From a virus (Duplodnaviria > Caudoviricetes), in IMG/VR virus record IMGVR_UViG_3300031949_000108, positions 1-36,402 of that record: a DNA stretch of 36,402 bases; one strand, written 5' to 3'. Shown here in pieces: positions 17,017 to 24,075 of this stretch (the stretch's first letter is position 1; each line of letters starts with the position of its first letter). The notes under the pieces are model-generated. The model ran no database searches. It was not told the DNA's origin and saw only the letters and a program-made list of their open reading frames with translations. The position numbers and the translations under genes were made by a program.

Positions 17017-17187
17017 CTATCTCCTCTTCTTGTGGTCTGCGACCTTCTTTAGTTTGTCTCCGGGCTTAGCGTTGCGTTTATTGGCAGTAGCGTAGAAGAC
17101 GTTCTTGCCTTTCTTCTCGCCGTACTCTTTCATCATAGAGGTCATAACTTTCGAGCCATGGCCCCCATAATACTTATCAATCGGCAT
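17017..17187 (-). CDS. Small basic phage head-region protein (56 aa)
   Basis: Below the track cutoff and translated by hand: MPIDKYYGGHGSKVMTSMMKEYGEKKGKNVFYATANKRNAKPGDKLKKVADHKKRR; GGGAG SD; the MKEYGEKKG..VFYA..NK motif recurs in small phage proteins. Confidence 0.75.
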   Translation of the reverse strand: MPIDKYYGGHGSKVMTSMMKEYGEKKGKNVFYATANKRNAKPGDKLKKVADHKKRR

Positions 17188-17199
17188 ACGCTCCCTTGT

Positions 17200-17228
17200 A
17201 CGCTAGCGCAAATCACTTGCTTTGTCAA
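17200..17228 (-). promoter_or_regulatory. Sigma70-type promoter for the head genes
   Basis: TTGACA (17228-17223), 17-bp spacer, TAGCGT (17205-17200), just upstream of the SD and ATG at 17187. Confidence 0.6.
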
Positions 17229-19219
17229 GCCCCTTGTTGCTGTTTATTTTGCTCCTGCTTCTCGCCGCCTGGTGCCGTCTGTTGCCCCTGCTGAGGCTGT
17301 TGTGCCATCTGCTGCATTTGGAAGATTTGGTTGTGAACACGGTAGTGCATGGTACGGAACGCTTCTTGCACTGAGAGTGGAAGTGCTTGATATTCCTCGC
17401 TTAAACAGAAGTTACGGTGCCGTACAATGTGGAGAACGTGGTTGTCGAAGTCGGGGTCCACGGCCACCGGGAGGGTTAAAGCCGGGTCTTCCGGGTCTAC
17501 GTTAGGAAGTAGCTCGCCAGTGCTAAAGTCGTAGAACTGCCTAGCCCAAGCTATTAAGGCGTCGTGCTCACGGGCTATCTGGTTGTCATCGGCCTGGTAG
17601 CCTTCCATTAGCTCAACAGCCCCTATAGCGCGTGCGTATTTGACACGAACGTCAGGATCTTGCAAATCTGCAAGACCCAAGGAGGCCATCTGTTCGTAGG
17701 CTGCCCGGCGTTGGAGAAGGGTTTTAGGGACAAGGGAGCCGGCTTCTATGCGAATGTCTACGCCACCACGTAGCTCGGCAAGAGCGATCTTTTTGAAGGA
17801 CCAGCGGGCCTCTTCACCCTTGATTGAGTAGTATAGTTCTTCTGGCGCAAAGTTACGAAATATGTAAAATAGCTGCTTAGCGGCTTCGGCCCATGATAGC
17901 CCCCAACGCTTAAAGGTCGGGCCGAGCTGCTGCTGCTGCTGCTCAATGATAGTGTTTATAAAAACGGCTGAGTCGGCTCTAGGGAACTTCTCAGCTAAGT
18001 CGCCGATGGAGATGATGTCGTCCATCGTTTTGTCGATCTGGGCCAAGCGTTCGGCAAAGGTAGTTGGGAGACGAGCGCCCTCTATACGCTGGGGGGTGCC
18101 GCCGCCTGCTGAGTTAGCGGTGTAACGGATAACAATGCCTTCTGTACCGCTAATGGTAGACACGTCGGCGTTCTCAGGAATAGCCCAGACGCCGTTGGCA
18201 GAGCGGGCAAAGTAGAGGAGGATATGAGAGATTAGACGGTTTCGCTGGCGTTGGGGCTCCTTCAAGGAGTTAGCAGGCGTGGTACAGAGAAGAGCGCCGG
18301 GAACCTCATCGCACCCAAAGTGCGTGACTGGAATAAAGACTCGACCGCGCTTCTCTACTGTGCCATCGTGGAAGGGGAGCCTCTTAGCTTCAAGGACTTC
18401 CTCGTCATCATGGACTATACGGGCAAGCTGTCCTTCAGGGAAGGCCCTAGAGGGGAGCATTAAGAGGTCGTCAACTACAACTGAGTTGGAATACTGAGCA
18501 CTAGAGCCTAAGACACCTACTAAAGCGGGTTGTAAACGGATTATGTTTTGGAGCATGGTAAGGCCGAGGTCAGAAGTACCAGATGAGCCGGTGTCATGGT
18601 CACGCTTCTTAGCACTAGGGTAGTGCTCATTAAGCCATTCGAGGGTTCGGAGCTTGCGTAGGATGAGAACTGGCTGCTTAACCATGTCGGGGATAGTGTA
18701 ATCGACAAGTAGCTCAAAAGGTGAAGCAAGCTCGGCGGTTACCTCGCCTTGGGGCTCGAACTTATCACCAACCTTAATCTGTGGCCCGCCGTCGGGGTCG
18801 AAACCACTTACAAGCCAAGCATTACCAAAGAGAACTGTCTGGTAAGAGAGGCGTAAGCGGATAAGCTCTATCTTTATAATATCTTCGATGTAACGAAGAA
18901 CAACACGAGCATTATCAGCGGTGATGCGGTCGTCTTCTTTCTCGGAGCCGGGGGCAAAGGTAAGGGAGGGCTCGACTGCACCCAAGCGTGAAATCACCTT
19001 CATAAGCTTTGGTTTGTACAAGTTCTCGACGGGGCGCGGGGCACCACGAGTTGTGTTGGAACGAAGGAATGTATGCTCAGTGCTATCCCAGCGAATCCAC
19101 TGGTGGTCAAGCCACATAAGAGCGTTTTCGTATGCGTTGCGTAGTACAGCTTCACGCCCTTTGGATAAGCGGTCTAGCGCCTTCTTATAAGCGTCTAGAA
19201 CTTTCTTATTGTCAGACAT
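17225..19219 (-). CDS. Portal protein (P22/podovirus-type)
   Basis: 664 aa between terminase and scaffold; HQW, RPVENLYKP, DDRITA, VLFGNAWL, SPFELLVD, LKEPQRQRNR motifs; Gln-rich C-terminus. Confidence 0.85.
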   Translation of the reverse strand: MSDNKKVLDAYKKALDRLSKGREAVLRNAYENALMWLDHQWIRWDSTEHTFLRSNTTRGAPRPVENLYKPKLMKVISRLGAVEPSLTFAPGSEKEDDRITADNARVVLRYIEDIIKIELIRLRLSYQTVLFGNAWLVSGFDPDGGPQIKVGDKFEPQGEVTAELASPFELLVDYTIPDMVKQPVLILRKLRTLEWLNEHYPSAKKRDHDTGSSGTSDLGLTMLQNIIRLQPALVGVLGSSAQYSNSVVVDDLLMLPSRAFPEGQLARIVHDDEEVLEAKRLPFHDGTVEKRGRVFIPVTHFGCDEVPGALLCTTPANSLKEPQRQRNRLISHILLYFARSANGVWAIPENADVSTISGTEGIVIRYTANSAGGGTPQRIEGARLPTTFAERLAQIDKTMDDIISIGDLAEKFPRADSAVFINTIIEQQQQQLGPTFKRWGLSWAEAAKQLFYIFRNFAPEELYYSIKGEEARWSFKKIALAELRGGVDIRIEAGSLVPKTLLQRRAAYEQMASLGLADLQDPDVRVKYARAIGAVELMEGYQADDNQIAREHDALIAWARQFYDFSTGELLPNVDPEDPALTLPVAVDPDFDNHVLHIVRHRNFCLSEEYQALPLSVQEAFRTMHYRVHNQIFQMQQMAQQPQQGQQTAPGGEKQEQNKQQQGA

Positions 19220-19222
19220 TAG

Positions 19223-19588
19223 TTATCCTTCTGCCGTCGCAACATCTTCGGATGCGAATAAGCTGGCCTCCCGTGGCGTTTTAAAAGTGCCGTTAGGGTG
19301 CCCAAAGGGTAGCTCCTCAGTAGGATCGGGGATAGAGGCTAGGGCTTGGGTAGTACGGACAGAGCGTTCAGCCCGTTCTACCTCGTCCTGCTTACCAGCT
19401 AAGGTAATAGCACGGAGGCCCATATGCTGAAGGAGAAGGTCAGCAGCAGCATCAGCACGAGCTTGCTGCTTTTCACGCTCTTGCCTAGCGTCGGCCAGGT
19501 CCTCACGGGTCAAGGCTAAAGCTCGCTCAAATGCTTCGACTGCCTTTGCATAACCTGCTTCAAAACCGCTTGCATAGCCAAATCTCAT
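19223..19588 (-). CDS. Coiled-coil hypothetical protein between terminase and portal
   Basis: Likely start is ATG 19588, overlapping the terL stop (ATGA), rather than the track start at 19603. Confidence 0.65.
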   Translation of the reverse strand: MRFGYASGFEAGYAKAVEAFERALALTREDLADARQEREKQQARADAAADLLLQHMGLRAITLAGKQDEVERAERSVRTTQALASIPDPTEELPFGHPNGTFKTPREASLFASEDVATAEG

Positions 19589-21507
19589 TGTAAAACCCCC
19601 CAAGCTTCGTTAGGCACTAGTCCAGTCATATAGTCTTCATCATCATAGTCATCCATTGACACCCCTTTCAAGATGTCATCGCCTATGAGCATACCTTTAC
19701 TCTTTTTACGTTCCCAAGCTACAGCTTCGGCTCGGGAGTTGGGGTCGAGACTAGACCAGCGCGCATCACGTTTTATGGCGTTAAGGGCGCTGTCAAGTTG
19801 CCTAGAACGGTCTTTGCCAGGCGGGTAGACTAGGGGAACAGCAGCTGAAAGAGCGTCGCTTGCATCGTCGTTCTCGGCTGATTCTCCGTCTAGGAGTTCA
19901 CCTTCAAGCTCAACTATACCTTGTGTAATCTCGGGCTGGTCAGCTAGGCGATGGAGAATAAAACCGTTGGAATAGTTGGGGATTAGACCACGAATGCGGG
20001 TAGGCTTGGAAGCGTGGCCGCCAGCCCATGGTTCAAGTGAGAACTTGGGCTTACCCTCTCGCCAGTCACGGACAAACAGGTGGTAGAAAAGGCGCTGAGC
20101 AGCGACTTGCTCAATAGCTACGAACTTGGGTTGCCAGACGGCTACTAGCTCGTGTGTCTTGAGGAGGAACTGATCTACGTTACAGCGCCAGCGGATGACT
20201 CGGGGGATGTACCAGTAGTTATCAGGGGAAACGCAGACTACAACCCAAGCAGCGAAGTCGCCTTGGCGTCTAACCTCTACGTTGGTGTTAAGGCTAGCAC
20301 GGGAGCCTGGCGGGTCTATAACGTTGGGGTCGATCAGGATGAAGGTATTACACTCCGCGACACGGACTGACTTGCCAGTTTCCTTCTCGTCACGATCTAC
20401 TTCTAGGAACTTGCCGGCTTTCATTGTAAAGTAGCGGAACCACTCTTTCTTAAAGCCTATGCGGTCTTCATCGGCTGGGTAACATTCGTATTGGCAGGAG
20501 AAAAACCAGGCGTTTCTACGCTTCATACCCTCAGCGTAAACCGTGTACTCCTTGAGAGAAGTACCCTCTGGTAAACCTCGCTCTATATCCGCTTCTTTGT
20601 AAGTGAAGATAGGAGCCCCAGCAGCGTCACGCCAAGGAATCCTAACGACCAAGGCATCTTTCCAGCCACGGGTTATGTGAACGATAGGATCGTAAAAGGC
20701 CCAAGGCGTGCCTACGTAGCGACGTTCGCCTAAAGCAACTGAGTGGTAAAGGGGGTCAAGTGCATCTAGCTCACGAACTACCTTGTCTACTTGGGGGCGG
20801 CTTAGCTCTTCTACCATCAAGTCGTCAAGTAGCTGAATGGTATGGTGGCCACCGACAACACGGGAGCCTATACCACGAGCTTTGATTGATGGGTCGGAGT
20901 AAGCACCACGTCTGATGAGGGTTAAGTCGTTAGTAGTCCACTTGGTACGGTCGCTGGGCTTAGGGATCATGTCACCATAGCATTGGAGGAAGAGTTCGCC
21001 GTGCCTACCACCGCCCTCGAACGTGGTACGGATGTAGTTCATGATTGTACCGGCGAAGTCGTAGGTGGAAGTGTAGATGAGGATACGCTCTTCTGGGTCC
21101 TTCGCAAGGCGGTACATACAGTAAGCTTGTGTGAGTAGTGTGGTCTTTAAGTGCGCTCGTGCAAAGACGCCTAAACGGAAGCGGCCAAAGCGTTTGCCAG
21201 TGCTTGGGTCGCGGTAGCCGTTGGGCGCTGACCAAGCCCAAGCTACGGGGCCGTGGAGCGGCCATTCGAGCCACGTAACGCCAGCTATATACTTGGCAAA
21301 GTAGTAGAAGTCTTGCTTGCCGCGAAGGCGCTTGTACTCAATGAAGTCAGCACCTTCTAGGACTTTACCCTCCTTCTGAAGCGCGTCCCGACGCCCTTGA
21401 AGCTCACATAAGCGCTCACCCTTTAGCCAGTAGCGATAAGGAGGGGGTGACGGGAATGTGAAGTAGTTGTCTTCACCAGGACGTGGGGGTTTGAACGTAA
21501 AGCTCAT
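19585..21507 (-). CDS. terL: Terminase large subunit
   Basis: Walker A variant ARAHLKTT, Walker B GHHTIQLLDDL, coupling motif YVGTPW, RNase H-like nuclease motifs ILIDP...IEQVA...DDASDALS. Confidence 0.92.
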   Translation of the reverse strand: MSFTFKPPRPGEDNYFTFPSPPPYRYWLKGERLCELQGRRDALQKEGKVLEGADFIEYKRLRGKQDFYYFAKYIAGVTWLEWPLHGPVAWAWSAPNGYRDPSTGKRFGRFRLGVFARAHLKTTLLTQAYCMYRLAKDPEERILIYTSTYDFAGTIMNYIRTTFEGGGRHGELFLQCYGDMIPKPSDRTKWTTNDLTLIRRGAYSDPSIKARGIGSRVVGGHHTIQLLDDLMVEELSRPQVDKVVRELDALDPLYHSVALGERRYVGTPWAFYDPIVHITRGWKDALVVRIPWRDAAGAPIFTYKEADIERGLPEGTSLKEYTVYAEGMKRRNAWFFSCQYECYPADEDRIGFKKEWFRYFTMKAGKFLEVDRDEKETGKSVRVAECNTFILIDPNVIDPPGSRASLNTNVEVRRQGDFAAWVVVCVSPDNYWYIPRVIRWRCNVDQFLLKTHELVAVWQPKFVAIEQVAAQRLFYHLFVRDWREGKPKFSLEPWAGGHASKPTRIRGLIPNYSNGFILHRLADQPEITQGIVELEGELLDGESAENDDASDALSAAVPLVYPPGKDRSRQLDSALNAIKRDARWSSLDPNSRAEAVAWERKKSKGMLIGDDILKGVSMDDYDDEDYMTGLVPNEAWGVLQ

Positions 21508-21666
21508 TAGTCACTAGTATATATAGTGATACCGTTGCTAAGCAGCATATTCTCTTGCTTAGTAGGAGGGGCGCCCGTCGCAAGCTTGGGGGTCTTACGA
21601 CGGGCGCGTGCTCGACGCACTCGGGCGCGGGTCAAAGGCGTCGAGGGACGAAGTTCGGGTAGGCGT

Positions 21667-22233
21667 TTAGGCTTCCGCATTCGTAGGGGTTATGTCTATA
21701 GTTCTTGAGGCTGCTTCGGCTTCGGCGTCATCGGCAGCAACACGTTTCATCTCGGCATGAATATGACCGACGCTGATGTTGATTATGGGGCGGACAGCGT
21801 GCTCAGGCTCGGTTAGGCCGAGGCCTTTGGACACTTTTTCCGTGGCCCACATAGCTTTATCATCATCTTTAAACTCCCCCTTATCTGCACGATCCTCTAT
21901 CGGGTTGCGGATAAAGCAAGTACGGTAGTAAGCTAGTGCGTCAGGGGCAAAGCTGGCAAATTCCTGCTTGGCGTTGTGGACTACTTTGTCGATTGCTAGC
22001 TGATCTTCGCCAACCGCCAGCTTATCAAGATGGGCGCAGTAGGTTTTGTACACGCCCCTACGTACAAACTGCTCTACCAGCGCCGAGCTTACGCCAATAG
22101 TTCTAGCGACTTGGTGCAGCGTCTTACCTTGACCCTGCAAAGTTCGGATCTGCCGCGCTAACTCGTACCGCTCCTTTTCCCTGGTTGTAAGGGTGTCGCT
22201 TTGCAGCCGTTTTTCTAGCCCTGAAACCCGCAC
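21667..22233 (-). CDS. Putative terminase small subunit (N-terminal HTH); probable leaderless GTG start at 22233
   Basis: QGKTLHQVARTIGVSSALVEQF HTH; C-terminal TIDITP; directly upstream of terL. The track start at 22269 is the TTG of the -35 box. Confidence 0.7.
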   Translation of the reverse strand: MRVSGLEKRLQSDTLTTREKERYELARQIRTLQGQGKTLHQVARTIGVSSALVEQFVRRGVYKTYCAHLDKLAVGEDQLAIDKVVHNAKQEFASFAPDALAYYRTCFIRNPIEDRADKGEFKDDDKAMWATEKVSKGLGLTEPEHAVRPIINISVGHIHAEMKRVAADDAEAEAASRTIDITPTNAEA

Positions 22234-22240
22234 AGCTGCT

Positions 22241-22269
22241 ACCATGGCACATGCTAAGGCATTTGTCAA
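22241..22269 (-). promoter_or_regulatory. Sigma70-type promoter for the packaging operon
   Basis: TTGACA (22269-22264), 17-bp spacer, TGc-CATGGT (22246-22241); the GTG lies 7 nt further on. Confidence 0.55.
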
Positions 22270-22291
22270 GCCCCAAACGCACTAATCTCCG

Positions 22292-22325
22292 CTCAATCGC
22301 CGCTTTCCTTGCTCTCAATCGCCGC
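22292..22325. repeat. 12-bp direct repeat CTCAATCGCCGC x2, period 22 bp
   Basis: Copies at 22292-22303 and 22314-22325. Confidence 0.8.
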
Positions 22326-22469
22326 AATTTACAATTTTTAGCTAGTTTAGCGATGAAACCAAAAATTGAGTGAGCTATTTGGGAGGGTGTATATATATAG
22401 AGGCCAGGAGTCCCGTAAGGGGGTCACTGGCATGCGCGCGTGCGTGTGTGTGCGCCCGCGTGCGCGCGA

Positions 22470-22485
22470 TGCAAGCCGCATGCCA
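22470..22485 (-). promoter_or_regulatory. Sigma54 (-24/-12) consensus, leftward
   Basis: Minus strand reads TGGCAT-GCGGC-TTGCA. Confidence 0.6.
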
Positions 22486-22491
22486 CTCGGT

Positions 22492-22507
22492 TGGCACCGC
22501 GCTTGCT
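22492..22507 (+). promoter_or_regulatory. Sigma54 (-24/-12) consensus, rightward
   Basis: TGGCAC-CGCGC-TTGCT, an exact TGGCAC-N5-TTGCW match. Confidence 0.65.
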
Positions 22508-22729
22508 AATCCATAAATCGTACCGCGCCTATGCACGGCTGCTGTGCGCATTGCTGTGCGCTTTGCAATGTGTTGCAAAATTGCCATACGACAAACTTGT
22601 GCCATGCCCGCTTTCCCCAGCAAATCCGCGTACTTGGCCTCGATGCTGTGCGCTTTGCGCGACGAACTCGTGCCAGCCTGCGGGGTGTGGCATTTGGCGA
22701 CAACGCAGCAATTTCGCGCACTTAGCGCC

Positions 22730-22745
22730 TGGCACGCCGATCGCA
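22730..22745 (+). promoter_or_regulatory. Sigma54-like promoter before the first early gene
   Basis: TGGCAC-GCCGA-TCGCA; one mismatch, with GG-N10-GC intact. Confidence 0.55.
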
Positions 22746-22863
22746 TCTGATCGGGCTCGGCGGCGGCCATGCCTGAATAAGTATGGCATGACGCCCACGC
22801 TCTTTGGGACATAGAGAACATCTGGCGGCGTGTTATGCGAGACACGCAAAAGCGGAGGTTAGT

Positions 22864-23142
22864 ATGGACGAACTGCAAGCTGCTTTAGCCAGGATCAAGG
22901 CATTAGAGAATGACAACGCTGCGCTAGTTGACAAAGCAAAGCGTCAAGCTAATGCCAGAATCATGGCAAAAGTAAGCACGAAAGGCGCGGTCAGTGTGTA
23001 TGGCTTGGGACGCTTTCCACTGACACTGTATGCCACGCAATGGCGCAGGCTAGCAGACTACTTGCCAAGTGTCATGGAGTTCATCGAGTCAGAACCTGAA
23101 GGAATCGTGCTTGAAAAGCCAGCTGTTGAAGCAGACAAGTAG
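22864..23142 (+). CDS. Conserved hypothetical protein (KVS.KGAVSVYGLGRFP.TLY..QW type), 92 aa
   Basis: GGAGG SD before ATG 22864; coiled coil followed by a motif I recall from small bacterial and phage proteins of unknown function. Confidence 0.8.
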   Translation: MDELQAALARIKALENDNAALVDKAKRQANARIMAKVSTKGAVSVYGLGRFPLTLYATQWRRLADYLPSVMEFIESEPEGIVLEKPAVEADK

Positions 23143-23147
23143 CAGCG

Positions 23148-23195
23148 CATCCAGCATGGTGCGTGCTCAGGAAAGAGCACGTACCGCGATGGATG
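23148..23195 (+). other. Long intergenic hairpin, possible RNase III site
   Basis: CATCCA..GGTGCGTGCTC-AGGAAA-GAGCACGTACC..TGGATG; no U tract; abuts the GAGGAG SD. Confidence 0.6.
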
Positions 23196-23205
23196 AGGAG
23201 ATGTT

Positions 23206-23280
23206 ATGGCAGATGACATGACCATGATAATACTACTGTTTATGGCGCTTGCTGCGCTAAGTTACGCCTTTAGCAAGTAG
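23206..23280 (+). CDS. 24-aa hydrophobic peptide
   Basis: MADDMTMIILLFMALAALSYAFSK after a GAGGAG SD. Confidence 0.5.
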   Translation: MADDMTMIILLFMALAALSYAFSK

Positions 23281-23293
23281 CAAGGAAAATGCT

Positions 23294-23473
23294 ATGCTAG
23301 ACCATACGCATGTAGAGCTAGATCCTGCTAAGCAGTGTGACGTGTGTTATATGCCATGGGAGCACAAGGTATATGTTGAAGAACATGGCAAACGCTATGA
23401 GGCACGCTACTGCATAGCGCACTACACTGTCCACTGGCTGACTAACATGTCAGACTTAGAAGATAGGGAGTAG
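23294..23473 (+). CDS. 59-aa putative zinc-binding protein
   Basis: AAGGA SD; MLDHTHVELDPAKQCDVC...YCIAH (CxxC...CxxH). Confidence 0.6.
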   Translation: MLDHTHVELDPAKQCDVCYMPWEHKVYVEEHGKRYEARYCIAHYTVHWLTNMSDLEDRE

Positions 23474-23593
23474 GCTATAGCATAGACTCTACACGCACAA
23501 TGCCTATGCGCTTTGCTAGGTTCGTCGCGTTCTCCGGCAAGGCGTATGCTACTCCAAGTAGCATGGCATAGTTTGTAGAGTCTATAGTACAGC
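23474..23593 (+). ncRNA. Candidate structured RNA (three-way junction), family unknown
   Basis: Four helices visible by eye fill the intergenic gap; G-U pairs favour the plus strand. See findings. Confidence 0.5.
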
Positions 23594-23601
23594 TTAGTAA
23601 G

Positions 23602-24075
23602 ATGACTAACACTGCACAAGCTATAGTGCAGCGTAGGCGTCTGCGCGGGAACATGACAAGATACATAGCAGATAGAGAAATGACCCTGGGCAGGTGTGAA
23701 GCGACGCCGAGCGTGGCGCCAGACTGGCCGCAGAACGAACGCAGCGGGCTCATGGCGCGCGTGTCCGTCCTGGCGCAGGCCAAGCCCTATGCCGCAGCTG
23801 AAAACGCCGCAAATGGCGATTGTGAGCGATTAAAGGCCAAAAACGCAGATGCTATGTCGGATGATATGGAGACTACAGCACTAAACGTGCGGTACATACG
23901 CCACTGCGGTATGATAGAAACAGCGGAAGGAAAAGCTAGATTGTGGCATATGGCTATGGCGCGTGGCCTGTACTCTATCCTAGTCGAGCGTGCCTTAGCT
24001 GGTGATGACAAAGCAGCGTATGGCGCGCCACACTGGCTATTGTACAGCAACGAACAAATGAAGCAAATGGCGTAA
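23602..24075 (+). CDS. Hypothetical protein (true start may be internal)
   Basis: 157-aa ORF, TAATG-coupled to the kinase-like gene; no clear SD at the first ATG. Confidence 0.5.
   Translation: MTNTAQAIVQRRRLRGNMTRYIADREMTLGRCEATPSVAPDWPQNERSGLMARVSVLAQAKPYAAAENAANGDCERLKAKNADAMSDDMETTALNVRYIRHCGMIETAEGKARLWHMAMARGLYSILVERALAGDDKAAYGAPHWLLYSNEQMKQMA

Noticed and set aside
1580-21708. Numerous plus-strand ORFs in the structural arm, including Val/Gly-rich ones at 1983 and 3591
   Set aside because: They are antisense shadows of tightly packed minus-strand genes; the VGVG runs are the reverse complement of TPTP codons.
22375-22878. Overlapping 60-167-aa ORFs on both strands in the divergent region
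   Set aside because: Ala/Arg/Cys-rich translations of GC-rich repetitive regulatory DNA with no SD; better explained as non-coding.
23505-23565. tRNA, suggested by GGTTCG at 23519
   Set aside because: No cloverleaf, no TTCRA T-loop geometry and no acceptor stem with CCA; kept only as an unclassified structured RNA.
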